From assembly GCF_963921235.1 (NCBI RefSeq), contig NC_086108.1, forward strand, positions 52,826,001 to 52,890,000: a stretch of 64,000 bases of DNA. Reading direction: 5' to 3'. Under the pieces are notes generated by a model. It was not told where the DNA came from and did not search any database. It was given only the letters and a program-made list of their open reading frames with translations. Shown here in pieces: positions 51,681 to 62,650 of this stretch. The position numbers and the translations under genes were made by a program. The stretch comes from Mobula hypostoma (Eukaryota). How positions within the stretch are numbered: position 1 is the first letter of the stretch; every line of letters begins with the position of its first letter.

Positions 51681-52468
51681 AATAACAGACAGGATAGACA
51701 AGGGAGAGACAGTGGATATTGTTTACTTGGAATTTCAGAAGGCCTTTGACAAGGTGCCACACCTAAGACTGCTTAATAAGCTAAAAGCCCACGGTATTAC
51801 AGGAAGGATACTAGCATGAATAGAAGATTGGCTGATTGGTAGCAGGCAAAGAGTGGAAATAAAGGGGCCTTTTCTGGTTGGCTACTGCTGACTAGTGGTT
51901 GTGCTACAGGGGTCAGTATTGGGACCACTTCTTTTCATGTTCTGTGTCAATAATTTGGATAAAGAAATTGATGGTTTTGTGGCCAAGTTTGTGGACAATA
52001 TGAAGATAGGTGGAGAAGCAGGAGGTGTTGAGGAAGCAGGTGTCTGCAGAGGGACTTAGACAGTTTGGGAGAATGGGCAAAGAAGCAGCAAATGGAATAT
52101 AGTGTAAAGAAGTGCATGGTCATACACTTTGGTAGAAGGAATAAAGGCGTGGACTATTTTCAAAATGGGGAGAAAATTTTAAAAATCAGAGGTGCAAAGG
52201 GATTTGGCAGTCATCGTGCAGGATTTCCCTGAAAAGTTAACTTTGGTTGGTGGTAAGGAAGGCAAATGCAATATGACCATTCATTTTGGGAGTACAGAAG
52301 CAAGGACGTAATGCTGAGGCTTTGTAAGGTATTGGTCAGACCATATTTGGTGTATTGTGAGCACCTCTGGGGCCCCTTACCTAAGAAAAGTTGTGCTGAC
52401 ATTGGAGGCGATCCAGAAGAGGTCCATGAGAATGATCCCGAGAATGAAAGGGTTAACATATGAGGAGC

Positions 52469-53271
52469 AACACACGCAAAATTCTGGAGGAACTCAGCAG
52501 GTCAGGCAGCATCTTCTTAAGGATTGGAAAGAAAGTGAGAAGATGTCAGAATAAAAAGGTGGGAGCAGGGAAAGGAGGATAGCTAGAAGTTGATAGGTGA
52601 AGCCAGGAGGGTGGGAAAGGAAGGAATCTGATAAGAGTGGAAGACTGGACCATGGGAGAAAGGGAAAGAGGAGGCGACCCAGGGAGTCGTGATAGGCAAG
52701 TAAGAAGAGGTAAGAGTCCAGAGCAGGGATTAGAAGAAGAGGGAAGGGGATGGGATTTTTTTACTGGAAGGCGAGATTGAAAATCACACCATCAGTTTGG
52801 AGGTGCTGCTCTTCCATGCTGAAGGTGTCCTCATTGTGGCACAAGAGGAGTCCATGGTTCGACTTGTCGGAAGGGGAATGGGAAGTTTCGCTTTTGGCAT
52901 ATGGAACAGAGGTGTTCAACAAAGCAGTCCCCCAATTTACGCAGATCTCACCAATGTAGAGAAAGTCGTATCGGGAACACTGGACACAATAGATGACCCC
53001 AGCAGATTCACAGGTGCCTTACCTGGAAGGACTGTTTGGGGCCCTGAATGGAGGTGAGGGATGAGATGAACGGACAGGTGTAGTAATTTGGCCACCTGCA
53101 AGGATAAGTGCGTGGTAGGAGATTAGTGGGGAGGGATGAATAGACAAGGGAATCATGGAGGGAGTGATCCTTATGGAAAGCGGAGGGAAGAGGGGAGGTA
53201 AAGATGTGTTTGGTGGTAGGATCCTTTTGGAGATGGCAGAAATTGTGGAGAGTGATGTGTTGGATATGGAG
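52469..53271 (-). mobile_element. PLE 3' fragment (GIY-YIG region plus terminus), decayed
   Basis: TSD AACATAT(G/C)AGGAGC (52455-52468 and 53272-53285). Homologous to 4310-5290; the hammerhead segment is missing. Confidence 0.85.
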
Positions 53272-53855
53272 AACATATCAGGAGCGTTTGATGGCTCTGG
53301 GCCTTCACGTGCTGGAATTTAGAACAATGAGGTGGAATCTCATTGAAACCCATCAAATAGAATAGGCCAAGATAGAATGGATGTGGAGAAGATGTTTCCT
53401 GTAGCTGGGGAATTCAGGACCAGAGGTCACAGCCTCAGAATAGAGGGACATCCATTTGGAATGGAGATGAGGAAACATTTCTTTAGCCAGAAGGTAGCGA
53501 ATCTGTGGAATTCATTGCCACAGACAGCTGTACAGACCAAGAGATTGGGTATATTTAAGGCAGATGTTGACAGGTTATTGATTACTCAGGGCATCAAAGG
53601 TTACGAGAAAGCGGGAGAATGGGGTTGAGAAGGATAATAAATCACCCATGATGGAATAGTGGAGCAGACTCAATGGGCCAAGTGGCTAACTCTGCTTCTA
53701 TGTCTTATCGCCAAAGGCCCATTAGAATTTTCTATCTTACAGTGAGGTGACCTCTCATTCTTTTAAATTCGAGAGAGAATAGACTGATTCTAGTTAAATC
53801 TCCCCTTATGACAAAATTAGCAATCCACCTCCAATTCCGACAGCATCTTTTTAAT

Positions 53856-54013
53856 GCAGGTCAGGTGACATCTATGGAAAGGAGTAAACAGTTGATGTTT
53901 CAGCTGAAACTTTTCATTAGGACTCCTAGTGAAGGCCCTGATACGTCGACTGTTTATTCTTCTCTATAGATGATGCATGACCTGCTGAGTTCCTTTAGCA
54001 GTTCGTGTGTGCT
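53856..54013. mobile_element. Palindromic PLE-terminus mini-element
   Basis: GCAGGTCAGG...TAAACAGTTGATGTTT...TCATTAGGACT is followed by its imperfect reverse complement. Flanked by ATCTT(T/A)TTAAT (53845-53855 and 54014-54024). Confidence 0.78.
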
Positions 54014-54124
54014 ATCTTATTAATCCCAACCCTTCAACCCTAAAATGATCCATTTACTCCTAGTCCCTGGTATCTGTCTGTTCACAAATTCTCAATGCAT
54101 GTCTTTCAGTATTAGGTAGCTTAT

Positions 54125-54290
54125 GATGGATTGTCAGAGGCTCTGTACTCAAAAGAGCACCTGATTCCTCTTACTTGGTGCAGAGCTGGACCCTGAGCTG
54201 CTAGAATGGAGATTTACCAAGGTATTGAGATGCCAGACTGTGAAAGGAGCCATTGACTGCACCCATATCAGACTCAGAGCCCTCATATGT
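54125..54290 (+). pseudogene. PIF/Harbinger transposase fossil
   Basis: VKGAIDCTHIRLRA at 54240-54281 contains the GAIDCTH first-Asp motif of Harbinger/HARBI1. The upstream frame is shifted. Confidence 0.6.
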
Positions 54291-55405
54291 TCACAGAATA
54301 AAATGATGTTCACTGCCACAGTGGCCCTGATTATTCTCCTCTTCTGACAGTTATTCTGTAGAGAACGTTGGCTAACAGCTTTGTGCAGTTCAACACATTC
54401 CTCGGTTCTGCACCCATGTATCAGAGTGAGCATGTCAATTCAGGGATACCTGACCTCCCAGTCCAACATTAGATTCAGAAATATGTACCTAGCTCTGCTG
54501 TTTCATCAATGTAGCACAATATTGAAACGTTCATTGGAAATAGTTTTTATTTGATTTTGTTTTGTTCTTAATTAATGGATGTTTCATATGTCTTTAAATA
54601 AAATATTATTTTAAATGTTTTTGTTTTTTTTACTATTTCAATTGCTTTTCGATTTTTCTGATCATCAGAGACAATTAGAAACAGTTGGAAAGGCCTTTGA
54701 CAACATGATCCATTAGGGCAGTGGGGGACAATGCCCCAGGATCTGCCATCTGAGGCACATTTGCCGCTTGCGGTTAGCTTCATTTGGTTAGACAGCAATG
54801 GAGGTGAACTCTGGAGCCTGATTTGTCCCAAGGGCTGTAAAAAGATAATTGTGAGCGCTGGGATTGTGGGGAATTGAATGCAAGATGCAGGCCTCCTTGA
54901 GCTTGGCCCATTGTACAACGTGTCTGCAACCATGGCCAGAGGATAACAATAATCTTTTTTGGGAGCAGTATTATTACCTTCAAAATGCCACGTTTCAATG
55001 TCAGAGCAAATGCGAACATGGTAAGAATCAATGTTCTACAGCCAATGAAACAGACTATGTCTTAAAGTAACATGGTCTGGACAGTGTACACAGCATTCAA
55101 AAGCTAAGTTTTGTAGCTACTGGTTGTAAAAGGCTATTTTATTGTGGGAAACTCACTGGAATCCTCAGAGTACAACTCCTGAAAATGATGGAGTGCATAA
55201 AGCAATGTAACTCCATCAACAGTCAAGAGGCTCAACACAAGCCAGAGTAAGGGGACTGGCTTATGGACACACCATCCTGACCCACTGACTCTGCCAGCTT
55301 GCCATGCAGCAAGGGTGCAAGATCTAACATTAAAGATGCACATCATCAATGTGTCTTGGATTATTGTTTGCCCCTCCCAAAGATGCATTCCCTACTGTGC
55401 AGATG

Positions 55406-56059
55406 CAGACATCCCACCCTGCAAAAGCTCATTTCAGGGAGGTAGCATCATCAATTTGCGGGAGACTCCCGGAACTTCTGGGAGAGGTGGGATGTCTGCA
55501 ATAGAGTAGCTCCTTAGCAGCTATCCAGTTAGTTTCAATAACACAAAAATAACCTGCTGAGTTCCTCCAGCGCATTGTGAGTGTTAGTTTAAATAATGTT
55601 AGCTACGCTAATGAACAAATGACACCTATTAAACTCACCTCAACATGTCTTTTACAGTCTTAACCCACCATGGGCAATAGAAAAGTCACTGTTGCAAACA
55701 GTGCAGCGAGCAACACTGTCATTATTTTCACCCCTATTAGGCAGGGGTACACTTTCGCGTAGTCTGGGGTGATGTACGTTTTATATTTTCTTTTTTTGGA
55801 ACACTCTGACACTCTGACTTTTTTTGGAACTCTCTCGCTCTTGCTCTCTCTCTCGCGCTCTCTCTCTTGTGGTTGCTCTCACTCGCGCTTGCTGTCTCAC
55901 GCTTGCTTTCTTGCTCTTGCGCTCGCTCTTTCTCGCGTGTTCTCTCACGCTCACTCAAAAAAATCAATTTCCGGGACATTGTATATAATTTGCGGGCATC
56001 AGGGAACCACTATTAATATGCGGGAGACTCCCGGAACTTCCAGGAGAGGGGGATGTCTG
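55406..56059. mobile_element. hAT-like non-autonomous DNA transposon
   Basis: TIRs CAGACATCCC / GGGATGTCTG with CAGATG on both flanks. The palindrome CGGGAGACTCCCG occurs twice, and there is a CT-rich internal tract at ~55830-55950. Confidence 0.75.
55542..55582. mobile_element. ~40-bp PLE-terminus micro-insertion nested in the hAT-like element
   Basis: ACCTGCTGAGTTCCTCCAGC...TGTG is the PLE extreme 3' end. Flanked by GTTAGTTT(C/A)AATAA (55528-55541 and 55583-55596). Confidence 0.7.
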
Positions 56060-56149
56060 CAGATGTACAGGGCAGCAGAGTCATGATAGCACCAGGACCT
56101 GTAGTTTCCTCTTCAAGTTACATATCCCCCTGATGTGGAAATTCCCCAC

Positions 56150-56280
56150 CATTCCTTCAATCCCAGGTTGTTTTCTTGACTTCCCCCTGACGACCACAAT
56201 CAGTTCTTTAGTCTCGCTGACATCGATTGCCAAGTTGCAACACCACTCAGCCAGCTGATCCATCTCAGCCTGTAACAGAT
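56150..56280 (-). mobile_element. Rex1/Babar RT fragment
   Basis: EMDQLAEWCCNLAIDVSETKELIV in ORF 56081-56344. Confidence 0.7.
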
Positions 56281-56389
56281 GATGCAACAAACAAATTTGT
56301 AGACAACTTCCAGTAGCTAAACGAGGACCATATCGTCTCATCACCAGTAGCAGCAGTCTGGCTGACTGTCATCAAGTGATAACAGGTAT

Positions 56390-56777
56390 GCTGGTCTCAT
56401 TGAAATCTAGCAAGCATTGAAAGGCCTAGATAGAGTGGATGTGGAGAGGATGTTTCCTATAATGGGAAAGTCTAGAACCAGAGGTTACAACCTCAGAATA
56501 CAGGGATGTATTTTTAGAATAGAAATGAGGAGGAATTCATTTAGCCAGAGAATGGTGAATCTGTGGATTTCAATGCCACAGACAGCTGTGGGGGCCAAGT
56601 CATTGGGTATATTTAAAGCGGAAATTGATAAGTTTTTGATTAGTCAGTGTGTCAAAGGATACAGGATGAAGGCAGGAGAATGGGGTTGTGAGGGATAATA
56701 AACCAGCTATAATTGAATGTTGGAGCAGACTTGATGGATCGAATGGCCTATGTCTGCTCCCATGTCTTATGGTCTTA
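56390..56777 (+). mobile_element. CR1 3' fragment
   Basis: KGLDRVDVERMFP...SRTRG plus a CR1 3' UTR. Confidence 0.88.
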
Positions 56778-56929
56778 CGGGCAGTGGTCGTGTGACCACA
56801 TACGCTGTCCCCCTGGGAGAGGATAGTTGATTCATTCTGCACCAAACCACTGGCTCTTTCCAGACAGCATCTCACCAGTTTCAATAGATTGTTGGACTGG
56901 CAATGAATATCGAATACAGTACTGACACT

Positions 56930-57760
56930 TAGAGCCTTCATAATGTTGTGCCCACTTTTTAACCTACTCCAATATCAAACTAACACTTCCATCCCAAATA
57001 GCCCTCCATTTTTCTTTCATCCATATATCTAAGAGTCGTTTAAATCTCAGTAATATTTCCAACTCTACCATTCCCCCAGGCAATGTGTGTTACATATTTA
57101 CCACTCTTTGGGTAAAAAAACATATCTCTGACATCCCCCCTAAACTTTCCTCCAATCACCTTAAAATTAAGCCTCTTTGTATTAATCATTTATGCCCTGG
57201 AAAAAGGGCATTGTCCACTCTATCCACATCTCTTATCATCTTATGCAGCTTTATCAAGCCACCTCTCATCCTTCTTTGCTTCAGAGAAAAGCACTGGCTC
57301 TCTCAATTTATCCTCATAAGACATTCTCTCTAGTCCAGGCAGTATCCTAGTAAATCTTCTCTGCACCCTCTCCAAGACTTCTCCATCCTTCCTATAATGA
57401 GGTGACCAGAACTGAACATAATATTCTAAGCGTGATCTAACCAAAGTTTTATAGAGCTGCAATATTACCTTGCCGCTTTTAAACTCAATCCCCCAAATAA
57501 TGAAGGCCAACACACCGTTCACCTTCTTAACCACCTTATCAACCTGTGTGGCATCTTTGGGGGAATCTATGGACGTGAACCCCAAGATTCCACCATTCCT
57601 CCACACTGCTAGGAATCTTTCCATTAACCTTGAAGTTTGACTTTCCAAGATCACCACACATTTCCATATTGGACACCATCTACCACCTCTCAGCTGGCTC
57701 TGGATTCTATCAATATTCAATTAAAATCATTGACAACATTGTACACTATCCACAACACCA
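56930..57760 (-). mobile_element. CR1 3' fragment
   Basis: LYKTLVRSRLEYYVQFWSPHYRKD in ORF 57241-57720. Confidence 0.85.
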
Positions 57761-58069
57761 TATACCCTCATGTCATCAGTATGCTAAGCTTAAAGCACCT
57801 TTAAACACCAGTACCCAAGGTTCATGATTGCAAATAACAAAATTGGAAGCTGAGACATTAGTTGCTGTTGTTGAGTCAAGAAGTAAATGCCAACATTCCC
57901 CAATACAATGGGACAGAATGGCTCCAAAGTCTGCATTAAACTTCGTGCTGTGCACAACTCCCTGGCAAAGGATTCCTTATTTTCCTAACTGCTGCTGTCT
58001 TGCAAGGGATTTATTTCCACCTGAGAACATGAGCACCATGGTCTAGTATGGCAATTTGAATATGCTAAG

Positions 58070-58450
58070 CATAAGAAGATGCAGAAAATAGTGGACTTGG
58101 CTAGATACATTATGGGGATATCCCTCCCTCCCCACCATTAGTAATATCTACAGGAGGTATTGCTTCAGGAAAGCAACATCTATCACCAAAGATCCCCACT
58201 ATCCAGGCCATGCCTCCTCTCACAACTACCATCAGGCAGGAGATGCAGAGGCCTGAAGTCCCACACCACCTGGTTCAAGAACACCAACTTCTCTTCAACT
58301 TGAACCAGCCAGCGCATCCCTAATCATTACAGTTTAGCAAAGCTATGACCACTTTGATCACTTCGCACTGAAATTGACTTTTGTTTTAGTTTGTTTTTCT
58401 TGTAAAACTGGTGGATGATTTAAGTTTAATATATTCTTTTCTTGCGAATG
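58070..58450 (+). mobile_element. Rex1/Babar 3' fragment
   Basis: KATSITKDPHYPGHA...LPSGRRCRGLKSHTTWFKN-like segment. Confidence 0.75.
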
Positions 58451-59085
58451 TTCAAAGTCCAAAGAAAATGAATTATCAAAGTACATACACCATATCCAAA
58501 CCTGAGATACATTTCTGTGGGCAATCACAGTAAGTACAAGAAACACAATAGAATCAAAGAAAGACCTCACTCAACTGGATTACAAACAGCCAATGTGTAA
58601 AAGACAACAGGCTGTACAAATACAAAAGGAAAGAAATAATAATCATAATAAACACGTAAATAAACAATAAATATCGAGAAGACGAGATGAAGAGTCCTTC
58701 AAAGCGAGTCCATAGGTTGTGGGAACAGTTCAGTGATGGGGTGAATGAAGGTGAGTGAAGTTATCCCCTCTGGTTCAAGAACCTGTTGGTTGAGGGGTAA
58801 TAACTGTTCCTGAATCTGGTGCTGTGGGTCCTGAGGCTCCTGTACCTTCCTCCTGATGGCAGCAGTGAGAAGAGAGCATGGCCTGGATGGTGGGTGTCCT
58901 TGAAAATGTATGTTGTTTTCCTGCAACAGTGCTCCATATAGTTGTACTCTTTGTGGGGAGGGCTTTACATGTGATAGATTGGGCTGTATCCGCTACCTTT
59001 TGTAGGCTTTTCCATTCCAGGGCATTGCTGTCTCTATATGAGACCAGTCAATATATTCTCCACCACACATCTATAGATGTTGCTT
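58451..59085 (-). mobile_element. Rex1/Babar 3' fragment, tail-to-tail with the previous copy
   Basis: Minus strand encodes an HPGHALFSLLPSGGRYRSL-type segment and 3' UTR. Confidence 0.78.
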
Positions 59086-60814
59086 ACTGTATATGATGCT
59101 ATATGCCTGTGCTGCTGTTACAAGTAAGGTTTTTGTTGGGCCTGTGCACATGTATTATTGTGTATATAACAATAAGCTCAAATTTGAGAGAAGACATTTT
59201 CAAAGATGAGGATTTAGTGATAGGAGATGTGGAGAGTGGAGTGGGAGGGTGTGAAGTAAAATACATGCTCACAGCATCTGCAGATTGTAAATCTGAAAAA
59301 ATAGTGGGATGAACAGGAAATGAGAAATGAGAAAGGGGATTGTCGCCATCAATGATCTCCGCGGTATGGCTGGCCACCGACTCTGTGGCAGCTACTCTAA
59401 TACCTACCACATATTTCTGATGGTGTCCAAGATGGTGTTTTCCTTTTGAACTCCTATGTCTCTTGCCAAAGAGACATAGTCCCATCAGTCCCATCCTGGA
59501 AAGTATAACTGGATAACAATCTTTTCTTCTCTCTCCTGTTGAACTCATGAAACAAGCTGCAGGAATCCTCTTATTAACGTTTACATTATTTTGAAGAACT
59601 AACTTTTCCTATTATGAATAGCTCAGTACTATAGGTGCTATCCACATGCATTAACTGAGCTAACCAGCAGTGAATAATTTGCCTTTAATTTGTGACTAGT
59701 TTATATGCCACTACCAGTTCTTTGAAATTGAATTTGTTTTCCTTTAGAACCCGTTTTTGTTAGTGAATTGAAGCTTTTAAAAATTATGGATGTTTGCTTC
59801 ATATGTTGGCTATCTTGATGTGACAGTACAATTACAACTTATGTAGAATGCAGTTATGTTAAAATTCTGCAAAGACAAGTTCATGTTTTGTGACTCACCT
59901 TACATGCAAGATGGATGTGTTATAAAAAATTTTATGGCACTGTGTGCACTGGGTAATATATCGACATCTTCAGAAAAGTAACATTAAGACAAAGACGTAG
60001 AGTATTTGATGAAACATAAATCACACCCTGCTTTTGGTTTTAGCACTTGGTTTTTGTGAACTCGTATAAGTCACATAGGAGTATAAGCTGCACTTGATAT
60101 ATTATGGACAGGAGATATCAATGTGGATAAAACATACATCAATCAAAAGCTTCAGTTGCACATTTTGGGTTGTAATATTTATAAAGGCTTATTTGAATTT
60201 TTTATTGTCATGAAGTAAGTAAACTTAGAAGCTTCAAATTTGTGTTGTTAATTCTATGCAATGCAAATATTTTTTAATCATGTAGTACATTATCCCCATC
60301 AAAGCTGTTCCTTTACAATTAATTAGACTTCCTTTAAGTATTCTGTAATCTATCTTCATTCCAATAGTTGTCCCTTTTGACAGCCATATATGCATAGATA
60401 CGGTTTCCCTGCAAGTTAATGTAACTTTTGATTTAAAAAAATTCCAAGCAGTGATTTCCTGCTAACTTCCTAACTTCAATTTGTATTACAAGTTGTTTGA
60501 ATTTTTTTTTTATTTTCCCTGATCATCCTCAATAATTCATAACATAATACTGAAAATGTAATGTTGGCTATCCAAGGAATTTCATTTCCAAATTGCATAA
60601 AGTAGTTCTCTAAATTTTTTCAGATTAATGCAAATATTTGAAGTACAGAATTATTTCTATCAAAAGGTCACATCCAAAAGTCTATGTTGAATTAAAACTT
60701 CAAACCCATATAAAGTTTGTTTCAAACACAAGGCATCAGATTGCTGATGATGACTACATTTTAGCCAACACAAAGAATATAACTGTTACTGCTAGGGACA
60801 TGCTCTGATTCCAA

Positions 60815-61305
60815 CCACCTCTCCTGCACCCTTTCCAAAGCCTCAACATCCTTCCTATAATGGGGCGACCAGAACTGAATGCAATGTTCTAGATGTGGCC
60901 GAATCAGAGTTTTATAAAGTTGCAACATAACCTGTTGACTTTTGAACTCAATGCCTTGACTAATAAAAGCAAGCATTCTTAAGCCTTCTTAACCACTCTG
61001 TTAACCTGAGTAGCCACTTTGACCTTGGATCGTAAGATCTCCCTGCTCAACAACACATTGAAGGGTCCTGCCCTTAACAATGTACCGTTTCCTTGCATTT
61101 GCCTTACCCAGGTGCACCACCTCACATTTATCTGAGTTAAACTCCATCTGCCATTTCTCTGCCCATATCTGCAACTGATCAGAATTACGCTGTGTTTTTT
61201 TTTTCCAGTCTTCTACGTTATCCGCAACTCGATCAAACTTGGTATCTTCCACAAGCTTACTAATCCACCCATCTACATTTTCATCCAGGGCATTTCACAT
61301 ACATC
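60815..61305 (-). mobile_element. CR1 RT fragment
   Basis: WQMEFNSDKCEVVH and LIRPHLEHCIQFWSPHYRKD. Confidence 0.85.
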
Positions 61306-61359
61306 ACTTAATTCGCCATACACATTTACCTGTATTAGGAATTTGCTGTGGTATGTTGG

Positions 61360-61830
61360 TCAAAGTTCAAAGTAAATTGATTATCAAAGTACATATATGT
61401 CACCATCCGTTACCTTGAGATTCATTTTCTTGAAGGCATTCACAGTAGAACAGAGAAATACAACATAATCAATGAAAAATTACACACAAAATTTGCCAAG
61501 CATCCAATGTGGAAAAGAAAATAAACTGTGCAAATAAAAAGTAATAAATAAATACGTAAATCAATGAATGAATGATACCAAGAAGATAAGTTGTAGAGCC
61601 CTTGAAAGAGAGTCCATAGGTTGCGGAATAGTTCAGTGTTGAGCTGATTGAAATTATCCATGCTGGTTTAGGAGCCTGATGGTTGAAGGGTAATAACTTT
61701 TCCCAAACCTGGTGGTGTGGGACCTAAAGCTCCTGCACCTCTTTCCTGATGGCAGTAACACGAAGAGAGCATGGCCTGGATGGTGACATTCATTAATGAC
61801 AGATGGTGCTGGATGCGTGACAACACTTGT
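61360..61830 (-). mobile_element. Rex1/Babar 3' fragment
   Basis: HPGHALFVLLPSGKRCRSFRSHTTRF in ORF 61654-61848. Confidence 0.8.
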
Positions 61831-61869
61831 TGACTGCCCCCAGCACATCCTTAGGTTGTCATTGAGTTA

Positions 61870-62650
61870 AAGAACACTATAGCACATGAACAGGCCCTTT
61901 GGGCAATCTAATCAGTGCCAAACTATTATGTTGTCTACTCCCATCCATACACCCATCCTAATTCCTCTTAAATTTTGAACCCCCACCTCCATCCACCACT
62001 TCTGCTGGCAACTTGTTCCACATTCTCACCACCCTCTGAGCGAAGAATTTCCTCCTCATATTCCCCTTAAACATTTCACCCTTCACTTGTAACCCGTAAG
62101 ATCTCACCCAACCTAGGTGGAATAAGCTGCTTCTCCCTTCATTCTCCTATGCTCCAAGGAATAAAGTCCTAACCTATTCAAACTTCCCCTATAACTCATG
62201 TCCTCAATCCCAGCAACATCCCTGTATAGTTTATCAGTACTCTTTCAATCTTATTACATCTTTCCTGTACGTGGCTGACCAGAACTGCACACAATACTCC
62301 AGATTAGGCCTCACCAATGTCTTATACAACATCAACATAACATCCCAACTCATGTACTCAAATACTCTGATTTATGAAGGCCAAAGTACCAAAAGCTCTC
62401 TTTATGACTCTCTTTATCTACCTGTGACATCACTTTCAAGGAATTATGGATCTGTGTTCCCAGATCCCTCTGGTCTACCACACTCCTCTGGTCCCTACTG
62501 CTCACCATGTACAGTAAGCTCTTGCCTGTGTTTGTCCTCCAAAAGTGCAACAACTCACACTTATCTGCATTAAATTCCATTTACTATTTTTCAGTCCATT
62601 TTTTCCAGGTGGCCCAAATCCCACTGCAAGCTTCGATAGCCTTCCATTCT
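61870..62650 (-). mobile_element. CR1 3' fragment
   Basis: MEFNADKCELLHF and the reverse of LVRPNLEYCVQFWS, plus a CR1 3' UTR. Confidence 0.82.

Larger units (their letters stand above)
48745..53710 (+). mobile_element. CR1 (host copy) split by a second CR1 and a PLE fragment
   Basis: RT reads ...EIFEE at 48963 and resumes ITDRIDKGE at ~51681. It continues to 52468, resumes at 53272, and ends in the CR1 3' UTR. Confidence 0.88.

Noticed and set aside
55737..55979. Arg/Glu-rich ORF
   Set aside because: Translation of a CT/GA low-complexity tract inside a non-autonomous transposon.
59099..59548. 149-aa minus-strand ORF with a possible AG/GT-bounded segment
   Set aside because: No recognisable protein similarity. 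Its end runs into a Rex1-type tail, and there are no supporting neighbouring exons.
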